Under the pieces are notes generated by a model, which saw nothing but the letters and a program-made list of their open reading frames with translations, searched no databases and was not told where the DNA came from. The position numbers and the translations under genes are program-made. A stretch of DNA of 64,000 bases, taken from the NCBI GenBank assembly GCA_049510215.1, contig JBEKZD010000002.1:30167-94166 (forward strand). Reading direction: 5' to 3'. Shown one piece after another: positions 46,687-57,440 of this stretch (the stretch's first letter is position 1; every line of letters begins with the position of its first letter). The DNA is from Verrucomicrobiia bacterium (GTDB lineage: Bacteria; Verrucomicrobiota; Verrucomicrobiia; Palsa-1439).

Positions 46687-48708
46687 ATGCGAATGAAATT
46701 CCGTGTTTTTTGGGTGGTGCTTGTGTTCGCTGTTCTGAGCGGTGTCGCGTGGGCCGAGGAAGCTCAACGCGCTCCGAGCGCCGACTTGAATGCGGGTGCG
46801 ATCCGATTGGCAGAGAACGATCAACCATCGGCCGACAGAAAACTTCCGCAAGCTGGTCCGAGCGATTCCAGCAATTCGATGGCCTACACACGATCGGGCT
46901 GGAGCCGATACAGGTCACAGCAATACCAGGAGGCATTGCGAGATTTCCAAGAAGCCATTCTGCTCAATTCAACCAATGCCAGCGCCTGGTTCGGTTTGGG
47001 CAATTGTCGCTATGGATTGGAGGAGTACGAACAAGCAGCCGAATCATTCCGCCAGTATGTCATTCTAAGGTCCAGTGCTGAAGGACACTACTGGCTTGGC
47101 AATTCGCTCTTGAAACTGCTTCGTTTCCGTGACGCTGAAACGGAATTTCGCAAAGCCATCGATTTGGATCGAACCAAGCCGCTCTACTACGACGGTCTGG
47201 CCTGGTCGCTCTTCAAGCTTGAGCGCTATCCCGAAGCCATTCCGGTCTACGAAAAGGCCGTGTCGCTCGGAGGCGACAGCGTACATCGGTGTCTCTGCCT
47301 GAGCTTCTGCTATTATCGGACAAAGAATTATTCCCAAGCCCGGGATTTGTGCCGGAAGTGCATTTCTCTGGATCCGAACAACTCGGATGCTTACTTTGGG
47401 CTCGGGACGTCCCTGTACGGCCTCGAGGCTTATGGATCGGCCATCGAAGCGTTCCGCAAGGCCATTCAAATCAAGCCGGATGATCCCGATGCTCACGTGT
47501 GGCTGGGAGACGGCTTGTATCAGGTGAAGTCTTATCGGCAGGCGGAGCGTGAATATCGGGAAGTGATCCGGTTGGTGCCGACAAATTCCTATGCCCACCT
47601 GCGGTTGGGAGACTGCTTTTATCAGTCGCGTTCTTACCAGCAGGCGGAGAGCGAATATCGGCAGGCAGTCAAACTCGCCCCGCGAGATTTCCCTGCCCAC
47701 TCTTACCTCGGAGATGCGCTGTTCCAGCAAAGACGATTTGCGCAGGCAGCGGATGCATATCAGGAAGCCATCCGGATGAAACCGGAGGATTTTGAGGGTC
47801 GCTATTGGCGGGGAGTCTCTTTGATGGGGTCCATGCAATTTGCCGAAGCGGTTCCCGATCTCGAAAAAGCGCACGAACTCAAGCCGGAGGATCGAACGGC
47901 GGAGTACGACCTTTTTTTCGCATACCTCATCACGAGCCAGTACAAGAAAGCGTCCGAGATTTATCCTGTCGGCTTTGGTATTGGCTGTGCCGCGCTCCTC
48001 ATTTCGTTTGGGTTGGGAGCGGCCCTGCTGCTCAAGAAGAGTTTTCAGGTGTCTGCGGCCGAGACACCGGGCCTCGGCTTCACCATCGGGTGGATCTTGA
48101 TATTCTTCGAGGGACAGTTTGCGTGCACGTTTGTAGCCGGTTTGTTTGGCCTGACCTTTGCGTCCGGAAGCCTCGTGGCCGGAATGGCGGCCGCACCGGT
48201 TCCCCTGCTGATCGCCGCTCTGACTGCGTTTCCCAAACAAACCTGGGGGAAGCCATTCGCGCGACCGCGCACATTGCCATGGAAATCGGCCGGAGCCGCC
48301 TGTTTGGCCCTGTTTTTTGTTTGGTTGGGGAACTCGGGATACGTCAAGCTGATGGCAGTTATTACGCACAGGCCAGCCCCGCTTCCACACAATCTCCCCT
48401 TCATCGAGGAAACGATAAAAGGTCGTCCTGCGCTGGCGATTGTGGCGGTCGCGATGCTGATGCCGATGGCAGAAGAGGTGTTATTTCGCGGTCTCCTGTT
48501 CGGCGCGCTGCAGAAGCGGTTGGGTGGCGGTTGGACGATCCTGACAACTGCCATCGTCTTTGGGGCGTCTCATGGCGACTTTTTCTACTTTGTTCCGCTG
48601 ACTGCGATCGGTGTGGTCCTTGGCTGGGCGCGGAACAGAACCGGATCGGTTTGGGTTTCCGCACTTGTTCACATCCTCAATAACGCGCTGGCACTCGCGG
48701 TCACCTAG
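46687..48708 (+). CDS. Signal peptide + TPR array + C-terminal CPBP (CAAX-type) intramembrane protease domain
   Basis: MRMKFRVFWVVLVFAVLSGVAWA, then about 10 TPR units. The CPBP motifs are MAEEVLFRGLLFG, FGASHG and HILNNAL. Confidence 0.75.
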   Translation: MRMKFRVFWVVLVFAVLSGVAWAEEAQRAPSADLNAGAIRLAENDQPSADRKLPQAGPSDSSNSMAYTRSGWSRYRSQQYQEALRDFQEAILLNSTNASAWFGLGNCRYGLEEYEQAAESFRQYVILRSSAEGHYWLGNSLLKLLRFRDAETEFRKAIDLDRTKPLYYDGLAWSLFKLERYPEAIPVYEKAVSLGGDSVHRCLCLSFCYYRTKNYSQARDLCRKCISLDPNNSDAYFGLGTSLYGLEAYGSAIEAFRKAIQIKPDDPDAHVWLGDGLYQVKSYRQAEREYREVIRLVPTNSYAHLRLGDCFYQSRSYQQAESEYRQAVKLAPRDFPAHSYLGDALFQQRRFAQAADAYQEAIRMKPEDFEGRYWRGVSLMGSMQFAEAVPDLEKAHELKPEDRTAEYDLFFAYLITSQYKKASEIYPVGFGIGCAALLISFGLGAALLLKKSFQVSAAETPGLGFTIGWILIFFEGQFACTFVAGLFGLTFASGSLVAGMAAAPVPLLIAALTAFPKQTWGKPFARPRTLPWKSAGAACLALFFVWLGNSGYVKLMAVITHRPAPLPHNLPFIEETIKGRPALAIVAVAMLMPMAEEVLFRGLLFGALQKRLGGGWTILTTAIVFGASHGDFFYFVPLTAIGVVLGWARNRTGSVWVSALVHILNNALALAVT

Positions 48709-48768
48709 CCTCGCCCCAAGCCGGACGGGCATTCGCGATCCGGATGCGTATGCGGTCCGTTTAATTCC

Positions 48769-50098
<1,330 letters not shown>

Positions 50099-50101
50099 TC
50101 G

Positions 50102-50422
50102 ATGAGCTGGCAGAATCTCTGGGCGCGATTGCAGTCGTTGGGCTTCCTCGTTTTTGCAGGCATTGTGGGCCTTGGCGTGGTCATGATGTTCGTGCCGATA
50201 CTGCGGCATCGACACGCCATGCTGCTGGAAATATCGCGTTTGGACAGTGAGATCACTCGTCAGGAATCGCTGGAAAAACAGCAGAAGATGGAAATCGAGG
50301 CGCTCAAGACCGACTCCGCTTACGTGGAACGGATAGCGCGCAACAAGTTGAACCTGGTGCGTCCGAACGAGACCATTTTCCGATTCGAACCGACGCGGTC
50401 TACCGCCGCCGCACCGCGCTAA
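50102..50422 (+). CDS. ftsB: FtsB/DivIC family septum formation initiator
   Basis: One TM helix plus a coiled coil, then AYVERIARNKLNLVRPNE. The eno-ftsB order is classic. Confidence 0.8.
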   Translation: MSWQNLWARLQSLGFLVFAGIVGLGVVMMFVPILRHRHAMLLEISRLDSEITRQESLEKQQKMEIEALKTDSAYVERIARNKLNLVRPNETIFRFEPTRSTAAAPR

Positions 50423-50551
50423 ACGGGGCTTGACGAACCCACCCGCCTTCTCTAAGGTGTAGCAGGCCTTTGACTGCGAGGCTCATAATCGCGCCACGGT
50501 GGGATCGGGGTTTATCTGCCACCGATGCGTTGCTTGAAAATGGATTTTGAC

Positions 50552-50628
<77 letters not shown>

Positions 50629-50632
50629 ATTA

Positions 50633-50667
50633 CAAGGCCCGGAACAAGCGTTCTGGGCCTTGTTTTT
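50633..50667 (+). terminator. Rho-independent terminator after tRNA-Met
   Basis: CAAGGCCCGGAAC-aagc-GTTCTGGGCCTTG followed by TTTTT. Confidence 0.7.
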
Positions 50668-50981
50668 CAAGGTTTTTTTCACTTCTCGCCGATCTGACTC
50701 CCTTTGATGAAACATGGCGGGCATTCTGAAACTCGGCGGACAAAAACCAACAAAACCACCAACCGGAACCAACAGGGAGCTTCAGGCGAATTGCCTGAAG
50801 GTGGTCTGTTTGCCAAGTCTCACAGCGCCGGACAGATTCGAGGAAGGAAATTTCTTGGGGACGGGCAGGCTGGATTTGCCGGTTTTCAGCGTGCGGCAAT
50901 CCCGGAGAAAGCCAAGGCGGAGCGAATTACCCGTTGGGACAATCAGCCAATTGTAGGTTAAGATTAGCCCGGAGGCAGACC

Positions 50982-51230
50982 ATGAATGACGCAGAGATCA
51001 AACCAGTTGCCAAGGCAGAGAGCAACTCAGCAGACAAGGCAGAAGGCAAACCAGTTGCCAAGGCAGAGACTAAACTAGTTGATAAGACGGAGACCAAACC
51101 AGTGGGCAAGGCGGAGACCAGACAGGCAGGCAAGGGCTCAAAACGTCGTCCATTCAACGCGAAACAATTTGCTGTGAATTATGGGTCGATACGCTGGGGT
51201 AAGGGGCAATCCCAGAGACCTAAGCATTAA
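50982..51230 (+). CDS. Small Lys/Ala/Glu-rich repeat protein (82 aa)
   Basis: GGAGG RBS. The repeats are KPVAKAES, KPVAKAET, KLVDKTET, KPVGKAET. The 22-nt block aaaccagttgccaaggcagaga occurs twice exactly. Confidence 0.5.
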   Translation: MNDAEIKPVAKAESNSADKAEGKPVAKAETKLVDKTETKPVGKAETRQAGKGSKRRPFNAKQFAVNYGSIRWGKGQSQRPKH

Positions 51231-51442
51231 GGGCCCGGTTTTCTTTCTCGTACACGCCCGCCCTGCCGCAATTCCGCCGCCGTTCCTAATCCGCCTGATC
51301 TCGCTCGACATGCGGCCGCCCAAGATGAGTAGCAGGCGGGATGCGAATGCGTCATCGGAGAGGCATCGGGATTGCAGACTGGTTTGCGCGAGATTGACCT
51401 GTTGTTGAGAGCTGCTATTGTGAGGCATGGAAGGGAGGGAAA

Positions 51443-51643
51443 ATGACAAACCAAATTGAGATTTCTGAAGTCATGGCGAACGCCAAGAACGTTGCTCGAA
51501 AGGAGTTCGGCGAGGAAGTTGTCGCCACGCATCCTGAAATCGTTGCGACACTGTTTCAGGGAATCGCCGTGCTTGAACAGGCGAAAGCGATGGAGAAATT
51601 GGGCAAGGACATTTGCGCCGCCGCCCACGCTCGCGGAGAATGA
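51443..51643 (+). CDS. Small hypothetical protein (66 aa)
   Basis: Strong RBS GGGAGGG 6 nt upstream. Candidate promoter TTGACC-16-TATTGT upstream. Helical composition. Confidence 0.5.
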   Translation: MTNQIEISEVMANAKNVARKEFGEEVVATHPEIVATLFQGIAVLEQAKAMEKLGKDICAAAHARGE

Positions 51644-51783
51644 TGAATTGCCCCGACAATATTCTCTCGTCAACGCAATAGCGGCTCGCTGCTGATTTAC
51701 GCGAGCCTCCCGCTATTACCCACCGCATTCCGCCCGCAGTCCCCGTCGCCCGTTTCGACCGCTGATCCTGCCGCCCAGGACTA

Positions 51784-52074
51784 TCACCGTCCGCCGCTGC
51801 CAGCGGAACTACCGGGGGGGCGTTCAACACGGGGTCTGGCTTCGCTGACTTTCAGTGCCCGACCATCCAGTTCCTTGCCATTGCAATCAGCAATCGCTTT
51901 GGTGGCTTCTGCTTGCGAGCCCATCTCCACGAAGGCAAATCCTTTGGACTTGCTGGTGACCTTGTCCATGATGAGTTGGCAACTGAGAACGTTGCCCGCC
52001 TGCTTGAATAGGTCGAGAATCTGGCCCTCCGTCGTGTTGGATGAGAGGTTACCCACGTATAGTTTCGTTGCCAT
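51784..52074 (-). CDS. RRM-type RNA-binding protein
   Basis: RNP2 LYVGNL and RNP1 KGFAFVEM, with a Gly/Ser/Arg tail. Confidence 0.9.
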   Translation of the reverse strand: MATKLYVGNLSSNTTEGQILDLFKQAGNVLSCQLIMDKVTSKSKGFAFVEMGSQAEATKAIADCNGKELDGRALKVSEARPRVERPPGSSAGSGGR

Positions 52075-52392
52075 TATCTCTTTCTGCTGCGATAGGAGGT
52101 CTCAGTGGAGTTCCCGATGGTTCGAGTTTCAGATTGTCACCGAGCAAACATGCTCGCCTGACAATCTACCAGACACACTGCGAGTGGCTTCTATCTGCAA
52201 GCTGGATTGACAATATACCATGCAACTATAAGAGCAATGATAAAATGGACGATGTCCGCCGCCGTTCCCAAACCGCCAGTTCCCGCTCGACTGGCGACCG
52301 CACTGTATGAGAGCCGTGCTGGCCGAGACACAAGCGGCTGCCTGCCCTCTCTCAAGATGAGACGGTTGCGTGACCACCGCGATACTGCTGTG

Positions 52393-52566
52393 TTAGGGTG
52401 CTTCTTCCCCATTCGGGGACGGGTTAAGCATCCGCTCCATTTGCTCCAACTCCTGTCCTCGCTCAGAGTTAGGTCCATAGTCCGGATTGCTACGGACCGA
52501 CGCGCAGGCTTGCGCAAAGGCGGCCAGCATGATTGTGATTATGAACCGAACTACAATCTGTTTCAT
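52393..52566 (-). CDS. Small lipoprotein (57 aa) ending the DUF3300/DUF2950 operon
   Basis: MKQIVVRFIITIMLAAFAQAC lipobox. It starts 41 nt after the DUF2950 stop. Confidence 0.45.
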   Translation of the reverse strand: MKQIVVRFIITIMLAAFAQACASVRSNPDYGPNSERGQELEQMERMLNPSPNGEEAP

Positions 52567-52607
52567 TGGTCCGTCTCCTTCCAGGGGCCCGGACGGAATC
52601 GCCGTAA

Positions 52608-53612
52608 TCAATTCTCCTTGACCGGTGTCCAACTGGCGTCCGGATCGTAGGTCGTCATTCTTGGGGCGATCGCGGAGGTCTTGGCTCCCAGGTTTCTCTG
52701 ATAAACCTTGCCTTGCTGGTTCACGATGAAGGTCATCACGCCCGAGTTGCCCCATTCCGCCGGCCACGCCACGAGGGCGAACCCGGCGATCATGTGGCCG
52801 TTGATGATGCAATTGTAGTTGCCGCCCGGCGCGTGTCTGCCCTGGCGCGTCAGAATCTTGAAGTAATAACCTCGGTACGGCGATTGTGCCTCGGTCATGA
52901 TTTTCGTCTGCCGCCGGTAACCCTCGCCGTGCGCCTGAGCGATGAGCGGACCTAACGGGCTGAGTTCCCCGTCCGCTCCCACGGGCCAATATAGGCCGTT
53001 GTGCGTGCCGGGCGCGCTGCGAAGATGCTGGGCGTACTCCAGCACGCCGTCGCTGCTGCGCGGTTGGCTGGCATACTCGCGTTGGGCATCCACGTACGCG
53101 CGGCAAACGCGAATGGCGCCAAGTTCATTCCGGCCGACGCGCCGGTTCAAAATCTCCTCTTTGCCCGCCAGCGTGTCGAACAACCATTTCCCATCCGGCT
53201 GCTTCACCAGCGGAATGGGAAATGGCCAGCCGTCGGCGCCAAGTTGAAGCACGGCGTTCGTGTCGGATTGGCGAACGAGCGCGGCCTTCTCCGTGAGACA
53301 ACGCAGGAAAGTTTCTGACTCGTTGCTGGTCTGTACGATGTCGGGAGAGACCAGCTCGTGCGCCGCCGGTCCAAAAATCGCATGCAGCGTGTTGGTGTCT
53401 CTGGCCTTGGCGGCGGCCACCAGCGCGTTCACCGCCTCGTCCGGTGACGCGAATTGCTGCTGACCAGCAGCATCCAGACGCAACGACGCGACGAAGATCA
53501 AAGCGAGCGAGGCGAAGCCTCGCACCCAAGCAGTCCGCTTGAGTTCCACCGGGAGATCGCACGCCTTCATTATCTGGTTGTTTCTGGTGACGGGATCAGT
53601 CCGCGGAATCAT
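52608..53612 (-). CDS. DUF2950 family secreted protein
   Basis: FASPDEAVNALVAAAKARDTNTLHAIFGP opening typical of DUF2950. ATGA overlap with the upstream gene. Confidence 0.65.
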   Translation of the reverse strand: MIPRTDPVTRNNQIMKACDLPVELKRTAWVRGFASLALIFVASLRLDAAGQQQFASPDEAVNALVAAAKARDTNTLHAIFGPAAHELVSPDIVQTSNESETFLRCLTEKAALVRQSDTNAVLQLGADGWPFPIPLVKQPDGKWLFDTLAGKEEILNRRVGRNELGAIRVCRAYVDAQREYASQPRSSDGVLEYAQHLRSAPGTHNGLYWPVGADGELSPLGPLIAQAHGEGYRRQTKIMTEAQSPYRGYYFKILTRQGRHAPGGNYNCIINGHMIAGFALVAWPAEWGNSGVMTFIVNQQGKVYQRNLGAKTSAIAPRMTTYDPDASWTPVKEN

Positions 53613-54760
53613 CGCTGCCTCCTCTGACCAGCGTCACCCGACCCCTGAAACTCGGTTGGAGCAGACGGATGCGCGGCCGGCACGGCGGTCGTGATCGTTT
53701 GGCGGCTTTCCACGCCGCGACTGCTGAATTCGCGCGTCTCCCGGGCGCTCTGAACGCCGATCAGCGCTCCGGCGGCGGGCCGTTCCCGCGGCACCGGTGC
53801 CACGCGCTGCACCGGCACTGCGGGCCGGATAATCGGAATGGGAGTCCCGCGCGACTCAACCGGCGCGGGTGCTGGCCGGATGACCTTGGGAACGGTCGCG
53901 CGAGTTTCGGGAACGTTCCAACCGCGGTCGCTGCGGTTCGCGGTCGTACTGACAGGACGATTTCGAGGATGCCAGACCGTGGCACCTGCGCTACCGGCGT
54001 CGCGATGGCCGGGAGCAGTGACGGTGCCGACGCCGGGACGACCACGCTGGCCGGGCGGACGATGCCACCAATCACGCGGTCGCGGATGATCGTGAGGCCA
54101 GACGATGACATGGTGGTTGTGCCAATCGCAATCGTGGTTCAACCACGCGCCAATGGCAAAACCGGCGCCGAACGACAGGCAAAAGCCTGGACCCAGACAA
54201 CGCTGCACGAAGATCGCGTCGGGCTGATAGACCGGCACGTAAATCACGTCAGGATTCGCCGGAACGATGTCAATGTCTCCATCGTCGGCAACGACTTCCT
54301 GCTGCGGCGTGCTTCCCAGATTGCCGAGCGCCTGAGCCTGCGCGCGGAGACGTTGGATGGAATCCATCACGCCCGCCGGCTGGTTGGCGAATGCCTGGCC
54401 CAACGCGGTCGTCCATTCGAGGTTGTCGTCCATCATTTTGAGCACGTCGGGATAACGCGCCAGCGCCTTGACGCTGTCGTCCAACTGTTGCTGATCAATC
54501 TGATTCACGTCCACGCCGCTGCTCACGTAGCGATCCACCAGCACGATTGTGGAAGGCACCGTGGCGGCGGGCAGGATTTGCGCAATCAACGGATCGGGAT
54601 ACAGCGCAATCGGCTCGAGCAACTGATCCAGTTCGGCGCTGGACAATAGCGGCACATCGGGGCCGGGCGGCGGAACCGGCATCTGGGCCAGAGCTTCCGC
54701 CGAAAGAACCGCGCCCACAAGAACCGCCACGCCGATCCTGAAAAGTGTTGTCAGCTTCAT
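53609..54760 (-). CDS. DUF3300 family secreted protein
   Basis: Signal peptide, then LLEPIALYPDPLIAQILPAATVPSTIV and a Pro/Arg-rich C-terminal half. Confidence 0.7.
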   Translation of the reverse strand: MKLTTLFRIGVAVLVGAVLSAEALAQMPVPPPGPDVPLLSSAELDQLLEPIALYPDPLIAQILPAATVPSTIVLVDRYVSSGVDVNQIDQQQLDDSVKALARYPDVLKMMDDNLEWTTALGQAFANQPAGVMDSIQRLRAQAQALGNLGSTPQQEVVADDGDIDIVPANPDVIYVPVYQPDAIFVQRCLGPGFCLSFGAGFAIGAWLNHDCDWHNHHVIVWPHDHPRPRDWWHRPPGQRGRPGVGTVTAPGHRDAGSAGATVWHPRNRPVSTTANRSDRGWNVPETRATVPKVIRPAPAPVESRGTPIPIIRPAVPVQRVAPVPRERPAAGALIGVQSARETREFSSRGVESRQTITTAVPAAHPSAPTEFQGSGDAGQRRQR

Positions 54761-54829
54761 AACGTCACCAATTGCCCAAAGCTAGTCCGCAGCAGCGGGC
54801 ATGTCCAGAATCTTTCGCACGCGGTGCCA

Positions 54830-55597
54830 TTATTGTTCGGCAGTGCCCCAACGGCGGTGCAGGAAACGCTCCCACGGCGAGAACAAAATCTTGTCGGCCA
54901 GCAGGCCGATGACGATAATCACCAGCATCACGCCGATCACTTGGTCCATCGCGTTGAGTTCACGCCCATAATGCAGCAGGTGGCCGAGGCCGAAACCCGT
55001 CAAAATCGTTACGAAAATCTCCGCCGCCATCAGCGAGCGCCACGCGAAGGCCCAGCCTTGTTTCATGCCGCTGACGATGAACGGCAGCGACGCCGGCACG
55101 ATGACCGTGACCCAGGTGTGGAACTGGCTCGATCCCATCGTGCGGGCGGCACGGGCGTATATGGGCGGCACCGTGCGCACGCCGTTGTCGGTCGCGATCA
55201 CCACCGACCACAACGTGCCCATGATGACGACGAACAGCATCGCCGCTTCGGTCTGGCCAAACCACAGCAAGGCCAGCGGCACCCAGCAAACACTCGGCAA
55301 CGTCTGGAGTCCCAGCGCGACGATGCCCAGCGTGTCTTCCATGAATTTGAATCGGGCGGTCAGCAATCCCAGTGGCAGTCCACAGGCAATCCCCAGAAAG
55401 TAACCGAATAACAATCGCCGCATGGTGACAATCGTAGCATGCCACAGTGTACCGTCACAGATTGCCCCTTCGAGGTATTGGGCGACGCTCACCGGCCCTG
55501 GAACCAGCACAGGCGACCAGATTTTCGCGCGAAACAGTCCTTCCCAAATCAGGATCAAGACAACGAAGAAAACGAGGATCACCAATGCACGTTTCAT
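54830..55597 (-). CDS. ABC transporter permease (sulfonate/nitrate/taurine family)
   Basis: Six TM helices with an EAA-type loop ARTMGSSQFHTWVTVIVPASLP. Confidence 0.85.
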   Translation of the reverse strand: MKRALVILVFFVVLILIWEGLFRAKIWSPVLVPGPVSVAQYLEGAICDGTLWHATIVTMRRLLFGYFLGIACGLPLGLLTARFKFMEDTLGIVALGLQTLPSVCWVPLALLWFGQTEAAMLFVVIMGTLWSVVIATDNGVRTVPPIYARAARTMGSSQFHTWVTVIVPASLPFIVSGMKQGWAFAWRSLMAAEIFVTILTGFGLGHLLHYGRELNAMDQVIGVMLVIIVIGLLADKILFSPWERFLHRRWGTAEQ

Positions 55598-56409
55598 TCA
55601 GCCACCTCAGCAGTCTCGCGATGCAAATGCCGTTTCAAGGAACGTGTGATCTCGGTTGAGTATTTGGCAAGATCAACACTGTTGATGTCGCGCGGGCGCG
55701 GGAGATCGACACTGAAGCTCTCCTGGATGTGGCCGGGATGCGGCGAGAACAACAGCACCCGGTCACCCAAGCACGCGGCCTCGCGCACGTTGTGCGTCAC
55801 AAACACGATCGTCTTGCGTCGTTCCTGCCAGATGCGCTGGATGTCGCCGTAGAGCTGCTCGCGCGTCATCGCGTCGAGGGTTGCGAACGGTTCATCCATC
55901 AGCAGCACCCGCGGATTCGGCGCCAGCGCGCGCGCCAGCGCCACCCGCTGTTTCATGCCCCCGGACAGTTCATGAATATTGGCGTGCACGAAACTTTCCA
56001 ACCCTACCAGGTGCAAATAGTACTCTGCCACCTCGCGGCGTTCCTTGTTGGTCAGGTTCGGTTTCAACTTCAGCCCAAACATGAGGTTGCCCATCACATC
56101 CAGCCACGGGAACAGGGCGGATTCCTGGAACATGACCATGCGGTCACGGCCCGGCCTAGTCACGGGCTTGCCGTCCGCCAAGACCCGACCACTGTCGGGT
56201 TCCTCCAGCCCCGCGATGATGTTGAGCAGCGTCGACTTGCCGCAGCCCGACGGGCCGACGAGGCAAACAAACTCGCCTTCGCGCACCTGAAGGCTCACGT
56301 CATCGAGTGCATGAACGGCGGCTCGCCGCGTGCGAAACGTTTTCGAGACATGCTCCACGAGCAGCTTCTCAGGCGCGACGTTTTGGAGTTCTTCGTGGAC
56401 CGCCATCAC
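55594..56409 (-). CDS. ABC transporter ATP-binding protein (sulfonate/nitrate/taurine family)
   Basis: GPSGCGKSTLLN, LSGGMKQRVALARAL and LLMDEPF. Confidence 0.9.
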   Translation of the reverse strand: MMAVHEELQNVAPEKLLVEHVSKTFRTRRAAVHALDDVSLQVREGEFVCLVGPSGCGKSTLLNIIAGLEEPDSGRVLADGKPVTRPGRDRMVMFQESALFPWLDVMGNLMFGLKLKPNLTNKERREVAEYYLHLVGLESFVHANIHELSGGMKQRVALARALAPNPRVLLMDEPFATLDAMTREQLYGDIQRIWQERRKTIVFVTHNVREAACLGDRVLLFSPHPGHIQESFSVDLPRPRDINSVDLAKYSTEITRSLKRHLHRETAEVAE

Positions 56410-57440
56410 TTGATTTCGGCCAATCCCTTCTCGCGCAGCACGCCGTTCAGAAGCTTGAGGTCATAGATGCGCGAAAGATCGGGCTTCTCCTTCAAGAATC
56501 CGATGCGATACGCGTCCTCGGCGGACTTCAACAGCGAAGCGGCGACCGGGTCGTAAGTGATTTCCAGCCGCTTCCAGGCGCTGTCGAGCGTTTCCTGGGG
56601 CAACGCCTTCGTCGTCTCGGCCTTGATCTCCGCATTGAGGATTCGCTTCGCCTCGTCGGGATGCTCGTTGATCCACTTTGTCAACTCGACGTGAGCGGCG
56701 ATCCATTTCTTGAGCAAATCAGGACGCTCCTTGAGGAATTTCACACTGCTCACCAGATGCGTCGTGACGTACTTGCCGCCCGTCTGTTTCCAGAGCGAGC
56801 TTTCATCGAGATAAACCTGCCCCTTCGCCTCCAGCACAAGCCGGCTCACCCAAGGCTCGACCGTCCACACCGCGTCAATTTCCTTGCGCACGAACAAGGA
56901 CAACTGGTCTGGATTCGCCGTCGGGATGACGAAGGCGTCGCCACCGGTCATCGTGATCTGAAGCCCTTTCGACTGCAGCCATGCGCGCGCGGCCACGTCC
57001 TGCGTATTGCCGAACTGCGGTGTGGCGATTTTCTTGCCCTTGAAATCGGCGTCTGTCTTGATGCGTCCGTCAGGCTGCACGACCAGCGCCGCGCCGCCGC
57101 TGCATGCGCCGGCCACAATGCGGATTTCATCGCCTTGCGATTTCAGGTGCGCGTTGATTGCCGGATTCGGCCCGACGTACGTGATATCGAGCGCGCGCGC
57201 GAAGATCGCCTCCATCGCGCTGGGACCGGCATTGTACGTAAACCACTGGATCTCGACGTCCGGGCCGAGCCGTTCCTCGAACCAGCCTTTTCCTTCGCGG
57301 CTCAATCCGTGGGCAATCACGCCTTGCGCGTGCGTCACGTTGGGGAAATGTCCCACCCGCAGCACAATTTTCTCCGCCCGGCTCGCCGAGGCGAAACCGA
57401 GGACAATAACAACCATAAGGAACGTGCGAATGATTTTCAT
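56406..57440 (-). CDS. ABC transporter substrate-binding protein (SsuA/NMT1-like)
   Basis: MKIIRTFLMVVIVLGFASASRA, then LRVGHFPNVTHAQ. ATG at 57440 overlaps the Rrf2 stop. Confidence 0.8.
   Translation of the reverse strand: MKIIRTFLMVVIVLGFASASRAEKIVLRVGHFPNVTHAQGVIAHGLSREGKGWFEERLGPDVEIQWFTYNAGPSAMEAIFARALDITYVGPNPAINAHLKSQGDEIRIVAGACSGGAALVVQPDGRIKTDADFKGKKIATPQFGNTQDVAARAWLQSKGLQITMTGGDAFVIPTANPDQLSLFVRKEIDAVWTVEPWVSRLVLEAKGQVYLDESSLWKQTGGKYVTTHLVSSVKFLKERPDLLKKWIAAHVELTKWINEHPDEAKRILNAEIKAETTKALPQETLDSAWKRLEITYDPVAASLLKSAEDAYRIGFLKEKPDLSRIYDLKLLNGVLREKGLAEIK

Noticed and set aside
50430-50458. TTGACG-17-TAAGGT as the tRNA-Met promoter.
   Set aside because: The -10 hexamer is weak and it lies about 94 nt upstream, with the tRNA-like remnant in between. 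It is plausible but not supportable from sequence alone.
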